64,000 nt of DNA from Maricaulis sp. (GCF_048270095.1 NZ_JBLWTL010000001.1:80544-144543), one strand, 5' to 3'. Positions 40,317 to 48,828 are shown, counted from the stretch's first letter. Notes: generated from the sequence alone by a model not told the origin. Translations and numbers: made by a program.

Positions 40317-40441
40317 GATACGGCGCTCCTCAGCTCAGGTTGATCCAAACCTGAGCCTAGACCTGTTTGCCACCGGCGCAACCCGGCTATGCCGCTGAAA
40401 ACGCAATTGCGCTATTCCAATTGGGGTGGGTCAGATAATGC

Positions 40442-40560
40442 GGCACCGCCGGGCAGGGACAGGGAGCCCGACGGTGCCTGACAGACCTCATTCGGCAGGC
40501 TGGGGGGACGCACGTTAGAGGCCTGATCATTCGCTGGAACCGTTCGGGGGAAACGTCTCC
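40442..40560 (-). ncRNA. Candidate three-hairpin RNA with C-rich loops
   Basis: Minus-strand stems with loops UCCCCCG, ...GCGUCCCCCCA and UCCCUGUCCCU. The last stem is 13 bp with one G-U pair. Confidence 0.4.
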
Positions 40561-40667
40561 AGGGCATTTACCGGCAGGGCATGCAAGCCGCTGCCAGCAC
40601 AGACATGGGGAGGATCAAACCGTATTCCAACCCCCCGCACATCACAGATTTGCGAGCAGCGCCGGCA

Positions 40668-40919
40668 CTAGTGCGGGCGGCTGGCCGTCTCGGTGGCGAG
40701 CAAGCACTGGGTGACATCGGATTCACCATCGTCCATGGCGCGCTGGACGCCGTAACGCAGCACTTCGACGAGATAGGTCAGATCATCATCATTGCTGTCG
40801 AGCGCCCGCAATTCCGTCTCGACGAAAGCCAGCGCCAGATCGGCTACTTGCAGGCGGTCGCGGTCATTATCGGCCTGCCGCATATCCGGGAAGAACGTGT
40901 CGAGTGATTTCTGGGTCAT
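40668..40919 (-). CDS. Small acidic helical hypothetical protein (83 aa)
   Basis: ATGA overlap with the upstream gene; last gene of the four-gene operon. Confidence 0.7.
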   Translation of the reverse strand: MTQKSLDTFFPDMRQADNDRDRLQVADLALAFVETELRALDSNDDDLTYLVEVLRYGVQRAMDDGESDVTQCLLATETASRPH

Positions 40920-41503
40920 CTGCCAATTCCAATCGTTTTCAGGGTTGGGGCTGTGGGAGACCGCAGCCAGGTCTCCACAACTTCATCCAGCGGCATTGTG
41001 CTGCTGAGGCGGTCGATCAGATCGAAGGAAATGTCGCGAACACTGGAGGCCGAGCGCAGCCCGACCGCCCGGCCACCGACGGCTTCCGGGATCACGGTCA
41101 GCTGCTGTCCGCGCGCAACGGCATCGAACATGGTCGCCATCAGCGAAAACGGCGCCGAGAACCCGACCAGAAAACACGGCGGTCCGGCATAATGGCGGAC
41201 CATGCGGCCGAAATCAGGGTCCGAATAAGCCGACAGGCCGGTGCGGATGAAGACGGCCTCGCGGGACAGTGGACGCAAGCCGTCTATCGGTGCGCCAGGC
41301 ACGGTGAGGCCGCAATTGATCGCCGGCCGGTTGCTTTGATACTGGCAATGAAGGATGGGCCAGCCGGACAGGCGCGCCGAGGTCAACAAACGCCGGATGC
41401 GGTCCGCAACAGCGCCATTGCTCCCATCATCCTCGCCCTCGCCGGGCTCAAGCGATTCACGCTGACAATCGAGCAGGACGAGGGTCGGCAGATAGCGGGT
41501 CAT
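40916..41503 (-). CDS. Isochorismatase/cysteine-hydrolase fold protein, catalytic Cys apparently replaced
   Basis: LVLLDCQ, WPILH, E.VFIRTGLSAY, LVGFSAPFSLMATMFDA..RG..LTVIPEAV. Confidence 0.75.
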   Translation of the reverse strand: MTRYLPTLVLLDCQRESLEPGEGEDDGSNGAVADRIRRLLTSARLSGWPILHCQYQSNRPAINCGLTVPGAPIDGLRPLSREAVFIRTGLSAYSDPDFGRMVRHYAGPPCFLVGFSAPFSLMATMFDAVARGQQLTVIPEAVGGRAVGLRSASSVRDISFDLIDRLSSTMPLDEVVETWLRSPTAPTLKTIGIGR

Positions 41504-42096
41504 GCGAGCTCCTCCGGACGGCGGTGCTTGCGCGGCGCCCGCCGCAGGGACCGATCAAACGGCCCGGGCCGGTCCCAGTCACCATCCGGACGGATAATGG
41601 CCAGCGGATCGGAGTCCATGGTGATGGCATTGGCCGGACGCTCGAGCGGGTGCTCGATCTCGACGTATTCATAGTCGGAGAACATGAAGCTCGGCCGCCC
41701 CGGACGGACCCGGAAACCGTGTGAGCGCCAATAGGCGACCCGGTTGAGCTGGGCATGGCCAAGCACCTGACGGTAGCCGCGACGGGCGCTGTAGCGCAGG
41801 GCTTCCTGCATCAGGGCCCGCATGACGCCGTGGCGGCGGAAGGTCGGCAACACCGCAGCGCGTTCGACCTTGGCGAAATCGGCAAACCAGCGCAGCCGAA
41901 GGACACCGACCGGCTCACTGCCGCGCCAGGCAATCAGGTGCGAGGCCGCAACCAGGTCATTGCCGTCATATTCCTCGTTATAAGGCGCGCGCTGCTCGCC
42001 CAGATAGGTCACACCCCGCAAGGTCATCGCCATGACGACATGATCGAAGCTGCGCGCGACAGTCACGCGCAACCGGTCTCGGCTCTCCGCATTCAT
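41500..42096 (-). CDS. GNAT N-acetyltransferase, ElaA/YjcF-like
   Basis: LRGVTYLGEQRAPYNEEYDGND, HLIAW...PVGVLRLR..AKVERAAVLPTFRRHG, GHAQ...YWRSHGF. Confidence 0.85.
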   Translation of the reverse strand: MNAESRDRLRVTVARSFDHVVMAMTLRGVTYLGEQRAPYNEEYDGNDLVAASHLIAWRGSEPVGVLRLRWFADFAKVERAAVLPTFRRHGVMRALMQEALRYSARRGYRQVLGHAQLNRVAYWRSHGFRVRPGRPSFMFSDYEYVEIEHPLERPANAITMDSDPLAIIRPDGDWDRPGPFDRSLRRAPRKHRRPEELA

Positions 42097-42731
42097 GCGT
42101 AGTGCTCCTCTGAGGTTTTCTGGTTGCGAAGCGCCAGTTTCTCGGCGATTCGATGAGGAAAGCCCGTACTGCCAAACAGCAGTGTCGTGCCGTCGGGACG
42201 GCCCAGCGGCACGAATCCGAGCCGGGACATAAGCTTTTCACCCGGCACCGAGCGGGCGCGGGCGTAAACGCGGATATCGCAATAGACTCCGAACCAGACG
42301 GCGAGCAGGCCGCGTAAGGATGCGGCCTGATCCATCGGCGAGCGCCCTGCCATGCCCCAGGACAACAGGGCGTGAGCGTTTTCAGACGGCCCGCACACCC
42401 ATTCGCGCTTCGCATTGGCAAAGCCGAACTGGCCGGCCAGCAGGGCCTCGACACCCTGTGCGGTCAGCGGGATCGACGCGAGGAGCGCGTTGGCCTTGCC
42501 ATTCCTGCGACGCAGCTGCAGCGCACGCCCGGTCCAGGCCTGGACCTGCCACAGCGCGTCCGGCCCGGCGACCTCGCCCTCAATGAGCTCATCGGCGAGT
42601 TGGTGGAACTCGTCGATCTGGTGTTTGTGAACCTGCGTGAAACCATATGGCCCGACAGCTGCATGGAGTCGCTGGTCCTGAAATTGAACGCCGGACCGGG
42701 ATGGGCTAGGCTGATCGACTGAACTACGCAT
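42093..42731 (-). CDS. Hypothetical protein, possible divergent GNAT fold
   Basis: First gene of the coupled operon. C-terminal VYARARSVPGEKLMSRLGF resembles the GNAT motif-B end. Confidence 0.65.
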   Translation of the reverse strand: MRSSVDQPSPSRSGVQFQDQRLHAAVGPYGFTQVHKHQIDEFHQLADELIEGEVAGPDALWQVQAWTGRALQLRRRNGKANALLASIPLTAQGVEALLAGQFGFANAKREWVCGPSENAHALLSWGMAGRSPMDQAASLRGLLAVWFGVYCDIRVYARARSVPGEKLMSRLGFVPLGRPDGTTLLFGSTGFPHRIAEKLALRNQKTSEEHYA

Positions 42732-42807
42732 CGGGCATTCCTGTTTTGGTCTGACCCAATTGGCTTAACACCGCTGCCATGCACGCGGCCTCTTCGAAGT
42801 TGGAATA

Positions 42808-43785
42808 GTGGATAGTCAGCAAACAGCCATCAGCCTGCGTCGCAACGTATTTGACTGGGACGACCTCCAGATCTTTCACGCTGTCGCCACGACGGGATCA
42901 ATGAGCGGGGCGGCTGCGGCGCTCGGCTGCCAGCAGCCCACCGTCAGCAAACGGATGCGGCAACTGGAAAGCCGGCTCGGCGCCCAGCTGATCGACCGGC
43001 GTGCGGACGGCATTGTGCTGACCCAGGCCGGCGAGGCGGCGCTGGATTATGTGCGGACGATGCAGCGTTCGGCGCAGCAGCTGGAATCGCGCATCTCCGG
43101 AACCGATACGGCCAGCGCCGGCGATGTGACGCTGCATGCGTCCGACGGGTTGTCGACCTATTGGCTGGCGCGTCACGCGCCACGCTTCATGCGCGTCAAC
43201 CCGGGCATTAATCTTCACTTGCACCGGGCCGATGCCGGGATAGGCCCGGCGCCTGACCTGTCGATTACGTTCACGCCAGACAAGGATATGGACGCGCCAA
43301 CCTCGGCCCTGGGCTCGATGCATTACATGCCGTTCGCCTCACGCGAATTCATCAATACCTATGGTGTGCCGAAATCGACGCACGACCTGCTCAATCTGCG
43401 TTTCCTGAAGCTGGAACAGTATGATCGCGGCCTCTCGCTCTGGGAAAACCGCAATGAAGTCGTTGATGCCTACATAAATTATGCCTTCAGGACGGATGTC
43501 AGCTCCATCCTGTTGGAAACTATCAGACATGGCGGCGGGATCGCCATGGCGCCGACCTATCTGGCTGCGCTGTATCCGGACGAACTCGTGGTGCTGGACT
43601 ATGGTGTGAAGCAAGATGTGCGTTTCTGGCTGAAATACCTGCCAGGCAGCCAGCGCGTCGGACGTACAAAATGCGTTGGCGACTGGATCGCCGAGATTTT
43701 TGACCCTAAGGATAACCCTTGGTTTCGTGCGGAATTCTGCCATCCCGGCGAGTTTTGCGAGATCGAAGTTATAAAGCCACGATAA
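42808..43785 (+). CDS. LysR family transcriptional regulator
   Basis: FDWDDLQIFHAVATTGSMSGAAAALGCQQPTVSKRMRQLESRLG HTH; GGGIAMAPTY. Confidence 0.93.
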   Translation: MDSQQTAISLRRNVFDWDDLQIFHAVATTGSMSGAAAALGCQQPTVSKRMRQLESRLGAQLIDRRADGIVLTQAGEAALDYVRTMQRSAQQLESRISGTDTASAGDVTLHASDGLSTYWLARHAPRFMRVNPGINLHLHRADAGIGPAPDLSITFTPDKDMDAPTSALGSMHYMPFASREFINTYGVPKSTHDLLNLRFLKLEQYDRGLSLWENRNEVVDAYINYAFRTDVSSILLETIRHGGGIAMAPTYLAALYPDELVVLDYGVKQDVRFWLKYLPGSQRVGRTKCVGDWIAEIFDPKDNPWFRAEFCHPGEFCEIEVIKPR

Positions 43786-43795
43786 TGAGGTTGTT

Positions 43796-44182
43796 ATGAG
43801 TGCTAGAGGCCCAACGAGTATTGACCAGCACGTCGGTGCTCGCCTTCGCCTGCGGCGCAGCCTGTTGGAAATGAGCCAGTCCGAGCTCGGAGAAAAGCTC
43901 GGCGTGACATTTCAGCAAGTTCAAAAGTATGAGCGCGGCACCAACCGCATCGGCGCCAGCCGTCTGTTTCATGTCGCCCGCGTCATGGAAGTCCCGGTGT
44001 CCTACTTCTTCGAAGGTCTGGATACCGATGGGGCGTCCGAGTTGAAGGGTCCTGACTCCGAAACACTCTACGACTTCATCGCAAGCCCTGACGGCCTTGC
44101 TCTGGCTTCGGCATTCTCCGGAATTCGCGATCAGACCGTCCGCCGCAGGGTTATCGACCTGCTGAGATCACTGGCCGTTTGA
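43796..44182 (+). CDS. XRE-family HTH regulator, PraR/PhrR-like
   Basis: IDQHVGARLRLRR...SQSELGEKLGVTFQQVQKYERGTNRIGASRL....EVPVSYFFEGL. Confidence 0.92.
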   Translation: MSARGPTSIDQHVGARLRLRRSLLEMSQSELGEKLGVTFQQVQKYERGTNRIGASRLFHVARVMEVPVSYFFEGLDTDGASELKGPDSETLYDFIASPDGLALASAFSGIRDQTVRRRVIDLLRSLAV

Positions 44183-44261
44183 ATATTGGCCGATACCTGT
44201 CGGCATTGTGAACGGATCTGCCCCGCTATTGCCCGGGCCCGGTCCTGCTCGCGCCTTATCA

Positions 44262-44295
44262 ACCCCTCAGCTTGAGCCAATCAATGCTGAGGGGT
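44262..44295 (+). terminator. Hairpin closing the LysR-XRE unit
   Basis: ACCCCTCAGC-N14-GCTGAGGGGT followed by AATTCTT. Confidence 0.55.
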
Positions 44296-44636
44296 AATTC
44301 TTGTGCGACCGAAATCATCCAGAACGTCATCTGCCGACCATTCAACCGATCGGGCCGCAGCGGCTGCGGATCGCGAGGCGTGCGCCACATCGCACCCCTG
44401 GTTCCATCTCAACAGATCGGGCAAGGCATCAGGCTCAACGCTTGATATGGCTGCGACCACGCGATTCCCGCGACGCCCCTGAAGGGCACGCCCGCGACCA
44501 GACAGGGATCCGTGCCCGGGCGCTGGTCAGTTGCGGCCTGTGTACCGAAGCAGACTGATCGGCCAGCGCCAGAGCGAACGGCCCGCCGCGTCGCTGCGGC
44601 AGGTCACACCATACTCATCACAAATCTGGAAGAGAA

Positions 44637-44711
44637 TGGAGCGGGCGATGAGATTCGAACTCACGACATTCACCTTGGCAAGGTGACGCTCTACCCCTGA
44701 GCTACGCCCGC
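44637..44711 (-). tRNA. tRNA-Gly (GCC)
   Basis: GCGGGCGTAGCTCAGGGGTAGAGCGTCACCTTGCCAAGGTGAATGTCGTGAGTTCGAATCTCATCGCCCGCTCCA: 75 nt cloverleaf, anticodon GCC, encoded CCA. Confidence 0.98.
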
Positions 44712-44750
44712 TCATGTCTATGCGGGGACTAGCCCCGCCAGGGAGCGGGG

Positions 44751-44779
44751 TATATCGCGCAAACAAAGACGGATTGCAA
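44751..44779 (-). promoter_or_regulatory. Sigma70-like promoter of tRNA-Gly
   Basis: Minus strand TTGCAA-N17-GATATA. Confidence 0.5.
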
Positions 44780-44844
44780 GAGGGAGATTCCGTCGCGGTG
44801 CACAAGGGCTTGATCCGGCCCGCCCGGCGGGCTTCAAGACAGGG

Positions 44845-45366
44845 ATGAGCGTTTCACGACCGGAATTATTCGCCCACCTCGATGGGCTTGGCATCCGCCA
44901 TGAGACTGTCAGCCACCGGCCGGTCTTCACGGTCGATGAGGGCAGGGATATCAAGGCCACACTGCCCGGTGGTCACACCAAGAATCTATTCCTGAAGGAC
45001 CGCAAGGGGCAGGTGTTTCTCGTCACCGCCCTGGCTGAAACCGAGATCCGCCTCAACCGGCTGCACCGGCCGCTCGGCAGCGCCCGCCTCTCCTTCGGGC
45101 CGGAGGCACTGCTGTTCGAAACGCTGCGTGTGCGCCCCGGCTCGGTCACCGCGCTGGCGCTGCTGAACGACACTGATGGTCGGGTGCGCTTCATCCTCGA
45201 CCGGGCTCTGATGGAATGGCCCATTGTCTATTCACACCCACTGCTCAATGACGCCACCACCGGGATGGCTCCGGCCGACCTGGTCCGCTTTGCCGAATCG
45301 ACCGGTCACGCGCCGCAACTGATTGACTTCACCGAATTGCTTGATGATGAAGTTGGCACGCAGTAA
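44845..45366 (+). CDS. ProX/PrdX (YbaK superfamily) aminoacyl-tRNA editing deacylase
   Basis: H.PVFTVDE, GGHTKNLFLKDRKG, RLSFG, L.VRPGSVTALALLND, HPLLNDATT. Confidence 0.92.
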   Translation: MSVSRPELFAHLDGLGIRHETVSHRPVFTVDEGRDIKATLPGGHTKNLFLKDRKGQVFLVTALAETEIRLNRLHRPLGSARLSFGPEALLFETLRVRPGSVTALALLNDTDGRVRFILDRALMEWPIVYSHPLLNDATTGMAPADLVRFAESTGHAPQLIDFTELLDDEVGTQ

Positions 45367-45428
45367 CGGCTTGCACCGGCGGCGCTGCAGGGCCATTTAC
45401 TGAGCAAGACGCAGCGAGGAAACGCACC

Positions 45429-46343
45429 ATGACCCTGTTCAATACCGGAGCCCCCGACACCGATACCGATGATCTGGTCAAGGACTCCTCCGACAGCAAT
45501 TTCATGGCGGATGTCGTCGAGCCCTCGAAAACCGTCCCGGTCCTGGTGGATTTCTGGGCGCCCTGGTGCGGCCCTTGCCGCCAGCTTGGCCCCATGATCG
45601 AGCATGTTGTTCGCCAGGCTGAGGGCGCCGTGCGTCTCGTCAAGATCAATATCGACGAGAATCCGGGCATCGCGCAACAATTGCGCGTCCAGTCCATCCC
45701 GGCCGTATTTGCCTTCAAGGACGGTCAGCCTGTTGACGGATTCATGGGCGCGCTGCCGGAAAGCCAGATCAAGGACTTCATCCAGCGGATTTCCGGCAAG
45801 GGCCCGAGCGAAGCCGAGTTGAAGGCTATCGTTGATCGCGGCATGGCCGGGCTCGAATCCGGCGATCTCGGTGGTGCCGCACAGGACTTCGCCTCAGTCC
45901 TCCAGCTCGACCCCGGCCATGCTTCCGCCCTGGCGGGTCTAGCCCGCGTCTGGCTCAAATCTGGCGATATCGACAAGGCAGGCGAGATATTGGGGCAAGT
46001 CCCGGCCGATCGCGCTGGCGACCCGGCCGTCGAGGCCGCACGGACGGCGCTTGAGCTGGCGAATGCCGCCCCGGCCGACGATGCTGTGACATCTGGCTTG
46101 CGCCAGACAGTCGCGGCCAAGCCGACCGACCTGCAGGCCCGCTATGATCTCGCCGAAGCGCTTCTCGCAAGCGGCGACCATGCCGGCGCTGCCGATCAAT
46201 TGCTTGCGATCACGGCGCTTGATCGCGAATGGAATGAACAGGCAGCGCGAACGCTGTTGCTGAAAATCTTTGAAGCCGCCGGACCGATGAGCGAGGTCGC
46301 TCGCGATGGTCGCCGGCGCCTGTCTTCAATCCTGTTTGCCTGA
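45429..46343 (+). CDS. Thioredoxin-TPR co-chaperone, CnoX/YbbN family
   Basis: [43 protein letters not shown] region, [10 protein letters not shown] end. Confidence 0.92.
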   Translation: MTLFNTGAPDTDTDDLVKDSSDSNFMADVVEPSKTVPVLVDFWAPWCGPCRQLGPMIEHVVRQAEGAVRLVKINIDENPGIAQQLRVQSIPAVFAFKDGQPVDGFMGALPESQIKDFIQRISGKGPSEAELKAIVDRGMAGLESGDLGGAAQDFASVLQLDPGHASALAGLARVWLKSGDIDKAGEILGQVPADRAGDPAVEAARTALELANAAPADDAVTSGLRQTVAAKPTDLQARYDLAEALLASGDHAGAADQLLAITALDREWNEQAARTLLLKIFEAAGPMSEVARDGRRRLSSILFA

Positions 46344-46350
46344 GGAGGCC

Positions 46351-46560
46351 ATGATGAGTGACTCATCCGCCGCATCGACCCATCGCATGGTTGACCCGAA
46401 ACTGCTCGAGATACTGGTCTGCCCCGTCACGCGCGGGCCGCTGGTCTATGACCGGGAGGCGCAGGAACTTGTGTCCGAAGGCGCGGGCCTGGCCTATCCG
46501 ATCCGCGACGGGATCCCGATCATGCTGCCCGAGGAAGCCCGACAGCTGGAGCAGGCCTGA
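46351..46560 (+). CDS. Trm112 family protein
   Basis: [17 protein letters not shown]...[13 protein letters not shown]; GAGG RBS. Confidence 0.92.
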   Translation: MMSDSSAASTHRMVDPKLLEILVCPVTRGPLVYDREAQELVSEGAGLAYPIRDGIPIMLPEEARQLEQA

Positions 46561-46868
46561 TGGCGCGGCCCTGGCCGGAGCAATTGCGCTTCTCCAAGGC
46601 GGACAAGGCCTTACATGTCCGCTTCGATGACGGCATCTCGTTTTCCATTCCCTTCCAGACCCTGCGGACCGAGAGCCCCAGCGCCGAAGTCCAGGGCCAT
46701 GGGCCGGATCAGAAAGTGACCGTGACCGGCAAGGAAAACGTCCAGATCACCGCCGCCGAACCCGTCGGACGTTATGCGGTGCGGCTTGTTTTCGATGATG
46801 GCCATGATAGCGGCCTGTTTACATGGGATTATCTCTATGCGCTCGGCGAGGCTGACGCGCGCCCATAA
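46560..46868 (+). CDS. DUF971 (gamma-butyrobetaine hydroxylase N-terminal-like) protein
   Basis: LRTESPSAEVQGHG...VGRYAVRLVFDDGHDSGLFTWDYL. Confidence 0.92.
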   Translation: MARPWPEQLRFSKADKALHVRFDDGISFSIPFQTLRTESPSAEVQGHGPDQKVTVTGKENVQITAAEPVGRYAVRLVFDDGHDSGLFTWDYLYALGEADARP

Positions 46869-46933
46869 GCAAGGCTGGCGCCGCACCATGGGACGCACTA
46901 GTCTGGCAGGCCTAGCTGATCATCGGGTGATTC

Positions 46934-47473
46934 ATGAAATTCTTCACGGTTATGGCCGCGCTTGCGGCGAGCGCGCTGTGCAGCGCGACCAGCCTGGCGG
47001 CGCCGGATGACTTCACGACCGGCCCCCTGATTGAAGGCTACGGCGCTGTGGCGCCCGTCAGCAACCAGATGCCGATACCTGATGGCACCGTTTTCCGGGT
47101 CGCATTTGACCTCTCCAGGCCGGCGGAAGTCGGCGAAGTCAACCGGAAGCTCGACAGTGCGGCGCGCTTCCTCAACATGCATATCGCCGCCGGAATCCCG
47201 GAAGAAGATCTGCACATTGCTCTTGTCGTGCATGGCGGGGCCGTCGAAGACGTCACCACCGGCTCTCATTTCATGCCTGGCATGGAGCCGGCCAATGCCG
47301 AGCTTGTCGCGAGACTGATCGAGCACGGTGTCCGGATTTATGTCTGCGGCCAGAGCGCGGTCTATCATGACATCGAAGTCGAGGATTTAATGCCCGGCGT
47401 CACCATGGCGCTCTCGGCCATGACCGCGCACGCTCTGCTGCAGCAGGACGGCTATACACTCAACCCGTTCTGA
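46934..47473 (+). CDS. Secreted DsrE-family protein
   Basis: Signal peptide; ARFLNMH, ALVVHG, VCGQS, MALSAMTA. Confidence 0.8.
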   Translation: MKFFTVMAALAASALCSATSLAAPDDFTTGPLIEGYGAVAPVSNQMPIPDGTVFRVAFDLSRPAEVGEVNRKLDSAARFLNMHIAAGIPEEDLHIALVVHGGAVEDVTTGSHFMPGMEPANAELVARLIEHGVRIYVCGQSAVYHDIEVEDLMPGVTMALSAMTAHALLQQDGYTLNPF

Positions 47474-47480
47474 CCCGCCG

Positions 47481-48755
47481 CTAGGCGGCGTCCAGCCGCT
47501 TGCCGCGCAGGAGTTTGGGCGGATCACCGGTATCGCCGCCGGCCTGGCGCATGAAAAAGCGCCGTGCCGGACCGATCTGGTTGACGATCGACAGGCCGAT
47601 CCCGCGCAATTGCCGCAAGGGCTCGATATCATTCGAGAACAACCGGTTGAAGATATCGGTCCCGGCCGCCAGTGAGGCGCTGTCGAACTTGCGCCAGCCC
47701 TCATAGCGCCGAAGCGTCGTCAGCGCACCGATATCCAGTCCGACCCGCTTGGCTTCACCACAAACCTCTGCCAGGGCAGCGGCATCGCGAATCCCCAGAT
47801 TGAAGCCCTGACCGGCGAGCGGATGAATCCCGCGCGCGGCGTCACCGACAAAGGCGATCCGCTCGGCACAGAAATTCTCGGAGAATTTCAGCCCCAGCGG
47901 ATAGGCCCAGCGCGGACCCTCCGGGCGCAGCTCGCCGAGAAAGTCGCCGAAACGGTTCTCGAGTTCCTGTTGGAAAACATCCGCATCCGCCGCCTGCAGC
48001 GCGTCTGCGACATCCGAAGGCTCGGTCCAGACAAGCGATGAACGATTGTCAGGAAGTGGCAGGATGGCAAAGGGGCCTGACGGCAGGAAATACTCATAGG
48101 CGACGCCGTTGTGGGGTTCGGCATGACGCACGGTGGCGACCAGGCCCTTCTGGCCGTAATTCCAGCCTGCGCTCCGTATCTTGGCCTGGGCGCGGATGCG
48201 CGAGAATTTGCCGTCGCACGCCACCAGCAATTTGCCGGAAAGGCGCCGGCCGTCGGCGAGGATGACATCGACGCCATCAGGGCGCGCCTCATAACGCTCG
48301 GCCATGACCGGCGCGATGGAAATGATATTCGGTCGCTCCAGCACGGCGCGGGCCAGCACCATGCGCGTATGCCGGTTTTCGGCCATCCAGCCGAGCGGCT
48401 CGCCCTCGGGGCCTTCACTGATCTCGCGGCGATCGAAATGCAGGCTGTGCGGCCCCGGCCCGCCAGGGCGCGTGCCGCCATAGGGGCGGCCATCGCAGAC
48501 CATGATGTGTTCGATACGGGTCGTGTAGGGCCGCAACTCATCGGCGATACCCAGGGCCTCGAACAGGCGCCAGGACGTAAAGGCGAGGGCCGAGGCACGG
48601 CCGTCGAATTCCGGGGCCAGCTGGGTGTCGATCGGCAATGTATCAACCACCGCTACCCGCAGACCGGCCTGGTCCATCGCCAGGGCCAGGGTCAGGCCGG
48701 CCAGGCCACCACCGACAATGATTGCATCGCCGTCGAAGAAATTGTGTTCGCTCAT
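47481..48755 (-). CDS. UbiH/UbiL-family FAD monooxygenase
   Basis: IVGGGLAGL, DGRASAL, LLVACDG..SRIR, GDAARGIHPLAGQGFNLGIRD. Confidence 0.9.
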   Translation of the reverse strand: MSEHNFFDGDAIIVGGGLAGLTLALAMDQAGLRVAVVDTLPIDTQLAPEFDGRASALAFTSWRLFEALGIADELRPYTTRIEHIMVCDGRPYGGTRPGGPGPHSLHFDRREISEGPEGEPLGWMAENRHTRMVLARAVLERPNIISIAPVMAERYEARPDGVDVILADGRRLSGKLLVACDGKFSRIRAQAKIRSAGWNYGQKGLVATVRHAEPHNGVAYEYFLPSGPFAILPLPDNRSSLVWTEPSDVADALQAADADVFQQELENRFGDFLGELRPEGPRWAYPLGLKFSENFCAERIAFVGDAARGIHPLAGQGFNLGIRDAAALAEVCGEAKRVGLDIGALTTLRRYEGWRKFDSASLAAGTDIFNRLFSNDIEPLRQLRGIGLSIVNQIGPARRFFMRQAGGDTGDPPKLLRGKRLDAA

Positions 48756-48813
48756 GGGGCCAAGAATAGGCAATTTTCCCGCCCGTTAAAGCGGGCATCG
48801 CGCCGCAGACGCA

Positions 48814-48828
48814 TTAACCTCTGTTTAC
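48814..48828 (+). promoter_or_regulatory. Probable CtrA-binding site upstream of ftsK
   Basis: TTAA-CCTCTGT-TTAC, one mismatch from TTAA-N7-TTAA. Confidence 0.5.

Noticed and set aside
38802-40343. Long antisense ORFs in the track (e.g. 513 aa opposite gdhB, 527 aa at 15396-16979, 347 aa at 22999-24042)
   Set aside because: Shadow frames of real genes in high-GC DNA, with no recognisable motifs.
40581-40597. Sigma54-like element (minus strand TGGCAGCGGCTTGCA) upstream of the 40.5-kb RNA candidate
   Set aside because: The GG-to-GC spacing is 9 nt rather than the required 10.
41500-42096. GNAT as a TacT/AtaT-type tRNA-acetylating toxin (tRNA-Gly and ProX are nearby)
   Set aside because: The sequence is ElaA/YjcF-like, and no small RHH/DUF1778 antitoxin lies immediately upstream.
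42764-42770. CtrA site in the operon/LysR intergenic region, and similar TTAAC words at 1778, 6911 and 20799
   Set aside because: Only half-sites or poor matches to TTAA-N7-TTAA.
44296-44636. About 340 bp of unexplained DNA downstream of tRNA-Gly, including a 59-codon GTG ORF (minus strand, 44281-44460) and an 85-aa plus-strand ORF
   Set aside because: No RBS, motif or convincing structure supports a call.
40668-44711. GNAT/LysR/XRE block as a tRNA-Gly-integrated genomic island
   Set aside because: It lies downstream of the tRNA 3' end, but I found no integrase and no duplicated tRNA 3' end (att site) at 40317-40667. A gene cluster beside a tRNA is not sufficient evidence.
45370-45399. RpoH-type promoter (CTTGCA-N17-CCATTTA) before the CnoX/YbbN gene
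   Set aside because: Biologically plausible, but the match and spacing are too loose to support from sequence alone.
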